This document shows, piece by piece, positions 18,314 through 26,622 of a stretch of DNA of 32,000 nucleotides. The DNA is from Methanothermobacter marburgensis str. Marburg (GTDB taxonomy: Archaea > Methanobacteriota > Methanobacteria > Methanobacteriales > Methanothermobacteraceae). The position numbers and the translations under genes were made by a program. The stretch lies in assembly GCF_000145295.1 (NCBI RefSeq), contig NC_014408.1:1230001-1262000 (forward strand), given 5' to 3'. The number at the start of each line of letters is the position of its first letter. The stretch's first letter is position 1. A model generated the notes under the pieces. It made no database searches, was not told where the DNA came from, and saw nothing but the letters and a program-made list of their open reading frames with translations.

Positions 18314-18760
18314 TTAAACAACCTCAAACCCCACAGGCACACCCTGCCTTGTATAGGCTGCGATTGTTTCCACAGTGTAGGGGTGTGCTATTATCATGTG
18401 GAAAAGACCATTCTTTGAGAAGAACTGCATATCAGCACCCGATGGTAAATTGCTGGGGCCAGGATGGGAGTGCACCGACCCCACAGTACCTGTAAATGGT
18501 GGGAGCATCAGAACATCCATAACAGCCCCCTCATCAGAGGTCCTTGATGGCAGGAATATAAGGCCAGTGATGTGAAGGGCATCACCCTCCTGTTTTCCCT
18601 CAAGGAGCGCCACAAATTCATGGGGATGTGACCTTCTTGCGATCTCCAGGGCCTCCTCAATGACATCGGAATCAATCAGCACCCTCCTTACCGGTTTTAC
18701 ACCCATAAAATCAAGGATCCTTTCAATTAAACCCATTCTATCAGGCGCTCTCTGATCCAT
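18314..18760 (-). CDS. JAB1/MPN/Mov34 (JAMM) metalloprotease
   Basis: ORF track 18314..18826. There is an exact JAMM motif HSHPGPSNLPSGAD (HxHx7Sx2D) with an upstream Glu (..HEFVALLEG..). The start is either the ATG at 18760 (20-nt overlap with the upstream gene) or the ATG at 18736 (4-nt gap after its stop). Confidence 0.82.
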   Translation of the reverse strand: MDQRAPDRMGLIERILDFMGVKPVRRVLIDSDVIEEALEIARRSHPHEFVALLEGKQEGDALHITGLIFLPSRTSDEGAVMDVLMLPPFTGTVGSVHSHPGPSNLPSGADMQFFSKNGLFHMIIAHPYTVETIAAYTRQGVPVGFEVV

Positions 18761-19499
18761 TGTGTTCCTTAAAACCCTGAAGTCCCTCAAAAAATCCTTC
18801 TGTAAAGAGGGGAAGTTCCATGTCAACCTTCACCCTCATCCTCACCGCAGAGACCACCCTCTCAGTAAGGGGATTGTAGCCCCTCACCTTCACCGGAGCC
18901 CTGTAGACCCCGATACCCCTCCGCTGCCATGCAGGCACCTCTGAGATGTTCAAACCCCTCTCAAAGAGCAGCTCATGGAGGGAATCCGATTTCATCCCAT
19001 TAAGGGTTCTCGCGGCATCATCTCTATCCATTTCATCCCTCAGTGTCCAGTATGCATAGCTGTTGAGGCAGTTCCTCCAGGCCTCATCCTGCCTTGACCT
19101 GAAGTACTCCCAGACCACCTCCCTACCGAGCGGTATAACTCTACAATCAAATGAAACAGGTTTATCAAGTGATAAACCCCTACTGACGGCCCCAATTGTG
19201 AATGATGATGATGCAAAAGCCGGGAAAACCGAGTCAAGCTTTTCAACCCTTCCTGAGAATGGGACAGAATCAAGGAGTACATTGATCTCATCAGAGAACG
19301 TGTATATGAATGATGGGCTGAACTCATTCATGATCTCAAGGCACGCTGAAACCATGATGTCACGGAAGACATCATCATAAGGCCTCCTAAATCCTGCCTT
19401 TGCTGTTAGCCTGTGAAAACCCCTCCCATCAAGCCTCAGTACTATGCGGGAGGACGGTGGCACCCTGAGGTTTGAATAGACTTCATGTTCTCGCATCAT
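18741..19499 (-). CDS. Thg1-like protein (tRNA-His guanylyltransferase family, 3'-5' nucleotide addition)
   Basis: ORF track 18741..19529. The family N-terminus is ..MREHEVYSNLRVPPSSRIVLRLDGRGFHRLT.. and the ..FSDEINVLL.. acidic motif is present. The start is placed at the ATGATG at 19499/19496 because the longer ORF overlaps the nadX 3' end. Confidence 0.85.
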   Translation of the reverse strand: MMREHEVYSNLRVPPSSRIVLRLDGRGFHRLTAKAGFRRPYDDVFRDIMVSACLEIMNEFSPSFIYTFSDEINVLLDSVPFSGRVEKLDSVFPAFASSSFTIGAVSRGLSLDKPVSFDCRVIPLGREVVWEYFRSRQDEAWRNCLNSYAYWTLRDEMDRDDAARTLNGMKSDSLHELLFERGLNISEVPAWQRRGIGVYRAPVKVRGYNPLTERVVSAVRMRVKVDMELPLFTEGFFEGLQGFKEHNGSESA

Positions 19500-19503
19500 A
19501 CCA

Positions 19504-20268
19504 TCAGGTTCCAATGTGCATGTTCTCACTGAGGGATTTAAGGAGTCTTATGGCAGAATATGCGGCCATCACACTTGTCTTGGGATTTATGGAACACCTG
19601 ACATTCTCTGTTATAGTCTTGAACTCCCCGAAGTCCCCCTTAACGGTCACCTCATGTACGTTACGGTCAACTGCAGGGTCCGCTATTATCTCAACATCAA
19701 TATCCCTTCCGCAGGCGAGACTGAGGGCTGCGGCCACATTTATGTTGAGGGGGAACCTCTTAACCGCCTCCGATGCCTTACCAGTGTAGAGGACCTTCTT
19801 CTCATCCATGCTGATGCCCAGGGACCTTGGGGGTTTCCTTGTAACAAGTTTAACTGACCTTATACTGCCCATGGATGCCGCCTTCAGGCCATCAAGACCC
19901 ACTATGGCCCCTGAGGGTACATGTATCTCGGCATTATTCTCTGAGGCCTTCTTCTCAAGCAGGCTCCTTAATTCAGGGTCCATAAGGGCGCCGACACTCA
20001 TAACGACCACGTCCCTACCGGCCTCAAGTATCCCGGGGACCAGTTCCCTTACAGCCTCAGGTGATGCGGCCTCCACCACAAGGTCAACGTGGGGGAGCAT
20101 GTCGGTAACATCAAGGACCGCGGTCCCGTCCACCATGGATGCCAGGTTTTCTGCCCTCTCAAGGTCCCTGTCATAGAAGAATCCCAGTTCAACGGGTACC
20201 TTGCCGTCCCTCACGAAACCCGTTATAAGGTTGGCTATTGCTCCGCAGCCCACTATACCCACGATCAT
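19504..20268 (-). CDS. nadX: L-aspartate dehydrogenase
   Basis: 254 aa. It has the Rossmann N-terminus [12 protein letters not shown] and the blocks ..[13 protein letters not shown].., ..[11 protein letters not shown].., ..[12 protein letters not shown].. and ..NPKTS.., as in the Thermotoga-type NadX family. Confidence 0.88.
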   Translation of the reverse strand: MIVGIVGCGAIANLITGFVRDGKVPVELGFFYDRDLERAENLASMVDGTAVLDVTDMLPHVDLVVEAASPEAVRELVPGILEAGRDVVVMSVGALMDPELRSLLEKKASENNAEIHVPSGAIVGLDGLKAASMGSIRSVKLVTRKPPRSLGISMDEKKVLYTGKASEAVKRFPLNINVAAALSLACGRDIDVEIIADPAVDRNVHEVTVKGDFGEFKTITENVRCSINPKTSVMAAYSAIRLLKSLSENMHIGT

Positions 20269-20286
20269 GTCATCACACAGAAAAAA

Positions 20287-20616
20287 TCAGGATTCAATGG
20301 GGTTTACCTTTTTCTCCACTGAAACATCAGGGGATATTATGAGTATATCTCCAACCGCCTGGACACGTTCATAGTTTATGTCGATTATGCCCTCCTCCTG
20401 TATGGGTCGTATCTCATCTGATTCAGGGACTATCCTTATGCTGGTTTTGAGGACATCCTTTATACCCACATTCTTCTTATCGTGTCTCAGTGGACGGACC
20501 TTCAGTGTTGAGACACGTCCCTTCTTGATGTTGAGGACAACGTCCTGAACCCTTCCAACGTACTTACCCCTTGAGGTGTATATTTCAAGTCCATATAGAC
20601 TGGATAATTCAACCAT
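20287..20616 (-). CDS. PRC-barrel domain protein
   Basis: 109 aa. ..LYGLEIYTSRGKYVGRVQDVVLNIKKGRVSTL.. matches the PRC-barrel pattern. It lies 18 nt upstream of nadX on the same strand. Confidence 0.7.
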   Translation of the reverse strand: MVELSSLYGLEIYTSRGKYVGRVQDVVLNIKKGRVSTLKVRPLRHDKKNVGIKDVLKTSIRIVPESDEIRPIQEEGIIDINYERVQAVGDILIISPDVSVEKKVNPIES

Positions 20617-20783
20617 TTTTCCACCACCGGACAGTTAAACATGTAGCGCTGCTGCATAACCCTACTGTTGGTTAATATTATTGTTTATAGCTTAAATAGT
20701 TATAGGGAAATAACAGATTACTGCAGTGGCCGGAAGAAAAAGGCTGTTACTGGAATTAAAAATGATTCTGGATTGTGATTGAA

Positions 20784-21506
20784 ATGTGGGACACCAGTAA
20801 GGATTATAGGCTCATGGTTGCAGTTAAGGCAGTTGACCTCTTCAGGAGGGCCCTTGAGGCAGGTGGTTTCAGGGGCCAGTGGAAGAAGAAACCCGCCATC
20901 CAGGCCGCCTCTGAAATTGAGAGGGCGCTGCAGAGCCTCATATATTCATACCTTGAACCTGAGGACCTTGCAGCAAGTCCTGAGATGATAGGTATTGATG
21001 AAAAACTCAAGGAGATAGTTGATGCCCTGGGGGGTGAGGACTGGAGCCGTAAATTCCTTGATGAGGCCTCAAGGGATGAGAGGGAAAGGGTCGAGGAGAA
21101 CATAGCAAAGGTGAAGTTCTTCCTGAACACCATTGGAAACCTCAGGGGTCGGCTGATGCTTGGGAAGATAGCAGACCCTGTTATTGCAGTTGATATAGTT
21201 GCAGGTGAGGTTATGAGTGTTGGGGGGCACCCTTCTGCAGATAAACTTCAGATCTGCAATGTCAATGTGGGTGGGAGGTCCCTAAAGGTTGTTACAAATG
21301 ACCCTGATGTAAGGGAGAACGACAGGGTGGCCGTGGCCCTTTTGCCGCCCCAGAACTTCATGGGTGTTGTGAGTGAAGGAATGTTCCTTGGTGCCGACGG
21401 TGTTCTGAGGGACGTTGAAGGAAACCCTGGTGAAATGCCAAGAGGGATACCCCTTGAGGCCCTAAACGAGACAAGGAACCTGGTCGAGGATTTCCTGGCT
21501 GGTTAA
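20784..21506 (+). CDS. tRNA-binding-domain protein (Trbp111/CsaA/EMAP-like OB fold at the C-terminus, unknown N-terminal domain)
   Basis: ORF track 20775..21506 (GTG start); the ATG at 20784 follows a GTGATTGA sequence. The C-terminal half ..GEVMSVGGHPSADKLQICNVNVGGRSLKVVTNDPDVRENDRVAVALLP.. fits the tRNA_bind OB-fold signature. Confidence 0.75.
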   Translation: MWDTSKDYRLMVAVKAVDLFRRALEAGGFRGQWKKKPAIQAASEIERALQSLIYSYLEPEDLAASPEMIGIDEKLKEIVDALGGEDWSRKFLDEASRDERERVEENIAKVKFFLNTIGNLRGRLMLGKIADPVIAVDIVAGEVMSVGGHPSADKLQICNVNVGGRSLKVVTNDPDVRENDRVAVALLPPQNFMGVVSEGMFLGADGVLRDVEGNPGEMPRGIPLEALNETRNLVEDFLAG

Positions 21507-22417
21507 ACCCTCCATGGCTCCCTGAGAATCGCCCTGCACACTTCATTGCTGCAGCTTCCACAGTCCCTTGGGAGACTGCATCCTGCTTTTCTCAGACGCT
21601 CTTCAAGATTTAATTCTGATAAGGGGTAGTAGCCTGAATAATCAACCCTTTCAAGACCCTCTGCCCTGCAATCATCCACTAGCTTCTCCATCAGTTTTCT
21701 GTCAGGTCCCCTGTGGTAGTAAAGAAGGAAGTTCGGTCTGAAACCTATTAGGCGGTAGGGGATCTCGGGATTTATTTCTGCAATGAATGATGCTATTTCC
21801 CTTATCTCATGGTGGTTTATGCCGGGTATCACGACCGTCCTGAAAACCCTTATCTTTTCAGGAAATTTCTCTGCAAGGTAGGTTGCGTTGCGGAGTACAG
21901 AAGCCACGGGTGCCCCTGTCAGGTTTCTGTGGAGTTCATCTGAAAGGGCCTTTATCTCAAAACTGAAGAGTGAAGTGAACCGTATGATGCGCTTTAAGGT
22001 CTCAGGCGTCTGGAATCCATTTGTTGCCAGTATGACATCAACATTCCTTTCCTCTTTTATTTCATGCAGCATACTTTCTATGTAGGGTGTGTGTATTGTG
22101 GGTTCACCTCCAGTGAAGCTCAGATTTGATATGTCATGTGATTCAAGTTCCCTGAGGACTTCTAACGCCAGCTCCTCGGGTTTTATATGACCCCTGTAAA
22201 CCCACCCTGAATCAGGGTACTGTGATATTCTGTAGGCATTGCAGTAGGCACACCTGAAGGGGCATGATAGAAAGGTTACCGAGTAACTTTCCAGAACATC
22301 TGTAATTGATGTGTAGGCGATTTCAGTCTCCGCAGCCCCGCAAACGCCCCTCTCACCAGCGGAACGGTTTGCCCCGCACCTCCATTCACATAGCCTGCAG
22401 TTCATGAGTTCGTCCAT
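21503..22417 (-). CDS. Radical SAM enzyme (PflA/AmrS-like activase family) with extra Cys clusters
   Basis: ORF track 21503..22456 (TTG start). The canonical CPFRCAYC (CX3CX2C) is present, along with an N-terminal CRLCEWRC...C and a C-terminal CSLPRDCGSCSNEVC. The start is the ATG at 22417 or the ATG at 22405. The latter sits ~30 nt downstream of TTTTTATATA (22436-22427), consistent with a leaderless mRNA. Confidence 0.85.
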   Translation of the reverse strand: MDELMNCRLCEWRCGANRSAGERGVCGAAETEIAYTSITDVLESYSVTFLSCPFRCAYCNAYRISQYPDSGWVYRGHIKPEELALEVLRELESHDISNLSFTGGEPTIHTPYIESMLHEIKEERNVDVILATNGFQTPETLKRIIRFTSLFSFEIKALSDELHRNLTGAPVASVLRNATYLAEKFPEKIRVFRTVVIPGINHHEIREIASFIAEINPEIPYRLIGFRPNFLLYYHRGPDRKLMEKLVDDCRAEGLERVDYSGYYPLSELNLEERLRKAGCSLPRDCGSCSNEVCRAILREPWRV

Positions 22418-22454
22418 AAAAATAGTTATATAAAAACCTGTTAATACATTTTCC

Positions 22455-22469
22455 AAAAAATGTAAAAAT
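22455..22469 (-). terminator. Oligo-T tract after the orphan open frame
   Basis: The minus strand reads CTTATTTTTACATTTTTT, beginning ~10 nt after the TAA at 22480-22482. Confidence 0.4.
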
Positions 22470-22479
22470 AAGTATCAGG

Positions 22480-22755
22480 TTATCTGCCAGTAGCTGCTGG
22501 TCCTCTTAACGTAGCTGTAGGTCCAGTAGTACCGCCACATGTATCTCCATTTGCCATGTACCTGTACCATTTTCTGTACCCTTTCTTGACCTTCGCCTTG
22601 ACGTAGTAGCTGAGGTTTACAGACTTCATAACAGTGTAGCTGGCTGATGAAACTGCAGAGGATGCTCCGTTAATGGCTATGAATTTGATTGTCGCCGATT
22701 TTGTGAGGAGAATTGGTGCTGTGTATCTTGTGCTGTTAAGAGTTGGATTTGCCCG
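22480..22755 (-). pseudogene. Orphan 92-codon open frame lacking a start codon (possible 3' remnant of a surface-protein gene); contains a 49-codon ATG ORF (22480..22629)
   Basis: My translation: RANPTLNSTRYTAPILLTKSATIKFIAINGASSAVSSASYTVMKSVNLSYYVKAKVKKGYRKWYRYMANGDTCGGTTGPTATLRGPAATGR*. There is no ATG/GTG/TTG before codon 43. It is below the 60-aa track cutoff from its ATG. It is flanked by a TATA box and an oligo-T tract. Confidence 0.35.
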
Positions 22756-22773
22756 TTAAGGGTGTAATATCAG

Positions 22774-22784
22774 CATATATAAAA
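22774..22784 (-). promoter_or_regulatory. Strong TATA-box candidate preceding the orphan frame
   Basis: The minus strand reads TTTTATATATG. The predicted TSS near 22755 coincides with the first open codon after the in-frame TAA at 22756-22758. Confidence 0.4.
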
Positions 22785-22952
22785 GTGAACTGAAATATGG
22801 CCACATCCATTTAATCAAAATCATCAATGCAAATAATTCAATAAGATATTTTATTCTGTAAAAATTAAAACATGAAAATCCAGTTTTCAACGATAAAACC
22901 TTTAACATTAGATTCTTCAACATGCTGTTAAATGTTGATGGGACATTTAAAA

Positions 22953-24365
22953 TCATCTGCTGTTTAACACTACAAGTTTGGTCCTGGTCATGTCCTCTAT
23001 GGCGTACTTAACACCTTCTTTTCCCATTCCACTGCACTTGAAACCACCAAATGGCATGTGGTCCACTCTGAAGGTTGACTGTTTGTTCACAAGAACCGTG
23101 CCAGCGTCGATCTCAGACGCCATCCTCAGGGCGGTTCCTATGTTCTCAGTGAAAACCCCTGCCTGAAGTGCATAGCATGTCCCATTGGCAATCCTTAAGG
23201 CCTCATCAGCATCAGCAAACCTTATAATCGGGGACACCGGCCCAAAGGTTTCCTCTGCAACAACATCCATCTCAGGACGCACATAGTCAAGGACCGTGGG
23301 CTCAACAAAGTTGCCTCTCCTTGACCCTCCATGGAGGAGCTCGGCGCCATCATCAACGGCATCCTCAATTCGCCTCTCAACCTCAATTGCCGCCTCTTCA
23401 TTTATAAGTGGCCCTATATCCGTCTCAGCGTCAAGTGGGTCCCCGGACCTTAACCTGCGGGTCTTTTCCACAAGTTTATCTGCAAATTCGTCGGCCACAT
23501 CTTTATGGACTATCATCCTCTTAACCGCGATGCAGACCTGTCCAGAGTAGAGATAGGAACCCCTCACAGCACCCTCAACTGCAGAGTCAATGTCAGCATC
23601 ATCCATGACAATTAGGGGATCGTTGCCCCCAAGTTCAAGGGTAACCTTCTTCATTGAGGCCCTGCTGGATATGTATCTTCCAACCTCCACACTGCCTGTG
23701 AATGTTATCTTATCCACGAGGGGGCTATCTATTATAAGATCTCCCACCTCCCGGCCCCTTCCTGTTACAGCGTTAACAGCTCCTGGCGGGAAGTGTTCAT
23801 TCAGTATCTCACAGAGTCTGAGTGCGGAGAGGGGCGCCTCAAGTGAAGGTTTTAGAACCGTGGTATTCCCTGCTGCCAGTGCAGGTCCAACCTTGTGGAT
23901 GGCGAGATTGAGTGGATAGTTAAATGGGGTTATTGCAGCCACAACACCAAGGGGAATCCTTACAGTGAATCCAATAAGTCCCTTCCCGCCAATACCTGCA
24001 TCCATTGGTATTGATTCGCCGTAGAGCCTCCTTGCCTCCTCTGCACATAGACGTGCGGTTTCAACTGACCTTTTAACCTCATCACGTGAGAACCTTATGG
24101 GTTTACCTGACTCCAGGGTTATGAGGCGGGCAAGTGCATCCCTCTCTGCCCTGAGCTCATCAGCAACATCATGGAGGCTCTCAGAGATGCGCCTGGCAGA
24201 AAGATCAGACATGGAACCTTTTGCACGGTGGGCCGCCTCAAGAGCCCTTAAAACATCATCCCTACCTGCAAGGGGTACAGTATCAACTTCCTCGCCGTTG
24301 AAGGGATTCCTGACACTGAAACGATTACCTCCCCCCACCTGCTCACCATCCATGATCATATCCAT
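22953..24365 (-). CDS. NAD(P)-dependent aldehyde dehydrogenase (lactaldehyde / succinate-semialdehyde dehydrogenase-like)
   Basis: 470 aa. It has the catalytic Glu block LELGGNDP, the catalytic Cys block YSGQVCIAVKR and the ..FTGSVEVG.. NAD block. A GGGTGGT RBS lies 3 nt before the ATG. Confidence 0.92.
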   Translation of the reverse strand: MDMIMDGEQVGGGNRFSVRNPFNGEEVDTVPLAGRDDVLRALEAAHRAKGSMSDLSARRISESLHDVADELRAERDALARLITLESGKPIRFSRDEVKRSVETARLCAEEARRLYGESIPMDAGIGGKGLIGFTVRIPLGVVAAITPFNYPLNLAIHKVGPALAAGNTTVLKPSLEAPLSALRLCEILNEHFPPGAVNAVTGRGREVGDLIIDSPLVDKITFTGSVEVGRYISSRASMKKVTLELGGNDPLIVMDDADIDSAVEGAVRGSYLYSGQVCIAVKRMIVHKDVADEFADKLVEKTRRLRSGDPLDAETDIGPLINEEAAIEVERRIEDAVDDGAELLHGGSRRGNFVEPTVLDYVRPEMDVVAEETFGPVSPIIRFADADEALRIANGTCYALQAGVFTENIGTALRMASEIDAGTVLVNKQSTFRVDHMPFGGFKCSGMGKEGVKYAIEDMTRTKLVVLNSR

Positions 24366-24380
24366 ATGACCACCCTAAAA

Positions 24381-24575
24381 CTAGAACTTGTTCTTGAGCC
24401 CCTTGATGGAGTTGGTGACGTTCTGAACATCAGAGTTCATTGCAGTCTGAGATGACCTCACATAGTTGCGGTACCATACCACAGCAAAGGTCACAATGAC
24501 TATTATACCACCAAACACAAGTATCAGCTCGGCTGACCCCTGACCTGAATCATCAGCAATTAAACCCCCAGACAA
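24381..24575 (-). CDS. Class III signal peptide (archaeal type IV pilin-like) small protein
   Basis: 64 aa. ..DDSGQGSAELILVFGGIIVIV.. fits the QxSxExxxL prepilin-type motif followed by one hydrophobic helix. The TTG start has a GGAGGT RBS 7 nt upstream. Confidence 0.7.
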   Translation of the reverse strand: MSGGLIADDSGQGSAELILVFGGIIVIVTFAVVWYRNYVRSSQTAMNSDVQNVTNSIKGLKNKF

Positions 24576-24587
24576 AACCTTAACCTC

Positions 24588-25529
24588 CTATGGTGCCATG
24601 CTTCCAACAAGGCTCAGTCCAAATTTTCCTATAACATAGAATATTGCATAGGCCACGATTGATAGTGGAACAGAGAACTTAACACCCTTCCTTGCACTCC
24701 CATACATTATGATTCCAATGAGGAGCCCTGCAATTATGGAGTGTATTATGATGTAACCTGCAGCGGCGATCTTGGCGGCACCAAGGATAGGGTTGGGTTT
24801 CCCCACAGACTCCATGAATCCTGAGTAGACCATTATCATACCAAGGGCGAATGGTGCCGCGATTATGGCGGCGACAATAAGGAACATCACCGACATCATA
24901 ACATTGGCCTTCCTCTCCCTCTTGAGTGCCAGGACCGCCCTGAGATCCTCTGCAACTGTCTCAATTACATCCGATAGGCTTCCTCCTGCCCTTCTACCCT
25001 CAAGGATCATCCTGAATGTCCTGTCAAGGTTCTGGGATTTGAGCCTTTCGCTCATGGAGAGGATGGCGTCATCGAATGTCCGCCCAATTTTTATTTCAAT
25101 AACCGCCCTCTTGAGTTCATCGTAGAGTGGCCCCTCCCCCTGTTTGGATACGTCCTCCAGGGCAGATTCAAGGCCCACCCCTGCCCTCAGCAGTGATGCT
25201 ATCTGACGTAGAAAGTCAGGAGTTGACTGCTCAATGGCATCAACACGCCGCTCCATCATGACAAAGATGTATGCCCCAAGGAGGATGGATGGCATGAAAA
25301 ATCCAACAATGACTGCAAGGATAACATTCAAACCTGCTACTGCGGCTACAACTGATCCAAGAACAGCAAAGAGTGCCCCTGCAAGAAATGCGAGGGTTAT
25401 TATCTCAGATGCCTTCACATAAAGCCCTGTCCTTATGAGTGTCTCCTGCACCCTGAGGAGCAGTTTATCAGGTAATATGCTCTCCAGGGCCTCGCTCACA
25501 GGTTTCAATGCTGCCGGTAATACTGCCAT
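24588..25529 (-). CDS. Type II secretion system F-domain membrane protein (TadC/FlaJ-like pilus platform)
   Basis: ORF track 24588..25535; the ATG at 25529 is preferred. The cytoplasmic helical domain ..[25 protein letters not shown]...AILSMSERL.. is flanked by TM segments, as in T2SSF/TadC proteins. Confidence 0.8.
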   Translation of the reverse strand: MAVLPAALKPVSEALESILPDKLLLRVQETLIRTGLYVKASEIITLAFLAGALFAVLGSVVAAVAGLNVILAVIVGFFMPSILLGAYIFVMMERRVDAIEQSTPDFLRQIASLLRAGVGLESALEDVSKQGEGPLYDELKRAVIEIKIGRTFDDAILSMSERLKSQNLDRTFRMILEGRRAGGSLSDVIETVAEDLRAVLALKRERKANVMMSVMFLIVAAIIAAPFALGMIMVYSGFMESVGKPNPILGAAKIAAAGYIIIHSIIAGLLIGIIMYGSARKGVKFSVPLSIVAYAIFYVIGKFGLSLVGSMAP

Positions 25530-25632
25530 CTGCACACCACTTGAAGTCTTGCTGTTACTAATTATTTACGGGCTATTATTTATACTATATTCATGACGAC
25601 CCACTTTTTAATTCAGTTATGTTCATGAACAC

Positions 25633-26622
25633 CTACCTCAGGTGATCAGGTAGGCTGTTCATAACACCACCACCCACCACGAACATATCCTCCACCCTCA
25701 CACCAAATTCTCCTGGAAGATATATCCCTGGTTCAATGGTGAGGACCATTCCCCTGGTGAGAACCGTTTTATCGTCGGCTGAAAGTGAGGGCCTCTCATG
25801 GACCTCAAGTCCAACACCATGGCCACTTGAGTGTATAAATTTATCAGCGTATCCATATTCCTCTATAACCCCCCTAACTGCACTGTCGACTTCACATGCC
25901 CTCACGCCAGGTTTAGCCACCTTCAAACCCTCCCTTTTGGCTTCAATTACCACTTCAAGGATCTCATGTTCCCGTTCACTCTCCACCAGTGTCCTTGTGG
26001 TGTCAGAGTGGTAGCCGCTGTGAACAGCGCCCCAGTCAACCAGTAAAGGGGAGCCTAAATCGTTAGATGTGGGTACCGCATGGGGTATGCTTGACCTTGA
26101 GGCCGATGTTACGATGGTGTCGAATGAGACTCCCTCTGAACCTCCAAGACGCATAAGGTAGTCCAGTCTGGCGGCCACCTCAGATTCACTGCCGCTGAAT
26201 TCAATTTTCTTAAATGATTCCTCGGCAATTTTAAGGGCTGCCTTTATCCTTCTTATCTCCTCCCGGTCCTTAACCATCCTGAGATCTGCGATGGGATCCA
26301 TCACCTGAAAGTCCCTCCCGAGACCTATTCTCTCAATGAGGCCCACCGGCATTGAGGGTTCAACCGCGACGGCCCTTAGTTCAACCATATCAGAGACATC
26401 AGATACCTTCTTAAAGACCTCAACACGAACCTCGCGCCCTGCTGCTGACTCAAGGTCCATCTCATTTACAAAGAGGACCGGTTCATCACTCAGGAACAGA
26501 AAGGCAGTGACCGTTGGCATGAACCCTGTGAGATAATATATATTCTCCCTTTTTGTTATGAGTGCTACCTCAGCTTTACCAGAAATAGCTTCAAGTGCCC
26601 CTTCAATCCTTTCCAAGTACAT
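25633..26622 (-). CDS. M24-family Xaa-Pro peptidase (aminopeptidase P / prolidase-like)
   Basis: About 329 aa. Metal-ligand blocks are ..VDWGAVHSGYHSDTTRT.., ..HSSGHGVGLEVHE.. and ..LTIEPGIY...VRVED... The start overlaps the HIT gene 3' end by 20 nt. Confidence 0.9.
   Translation of the reverse strand: MYLERIEGALEAISGKAEVALITKRENIYYLTGFMPTVTAFLFLSDEPVLFVNEMDLESAAGREVRVEVFKKVSDVSDMVELRAVAVEPSMPVGLIERIGLGRDFQVMDPIADLRMVKDREEIRRIKAALKIAEESFKKIEFSGSESEVAARLDYLMRLGGSEGVSFDTIVTSASRSSIPHAVPTSNDLGSPLLVDWGAVHSGYHSDTTRTLVESEREHEILEVVIEAKREGLKVAKPGVRACEVDSAVRGVIEEYGYADKFIHSSGHGVGLEVHERPSLSADDKTVLTRGMVLTIEPGIYLPGEFGVRVEDMFVVGGGVMNSLPDHLR

Noticed and set aside
12918-21506. Apparent enrichment of tRNA-related genes (tiaS, Thg1-like, tRNA-binding-domain protein)
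   Set aside because: The genes are in separate transcription units on different strands, interspersed with unrelated metabolism genes. This is most likely coincidence.
22641-22650. TGATGA (C-box-like) on the plus strand, a possible C/D-box sRNA
   Set aside because: There is no matching D or D' (CTGA) box at the expected spacing, and no terminal stem.
22756-22956. 66-aa minus-strand ORF in the AT-rich block
   Set aside because: The sequence is Leu/Phe/Ile/Lys/Asn-dominated, as expected from translating AT-rich spacer. It overlaps the aldehyde dehydrogenase stop and contains the TATA box, so it is treated as non-coding.
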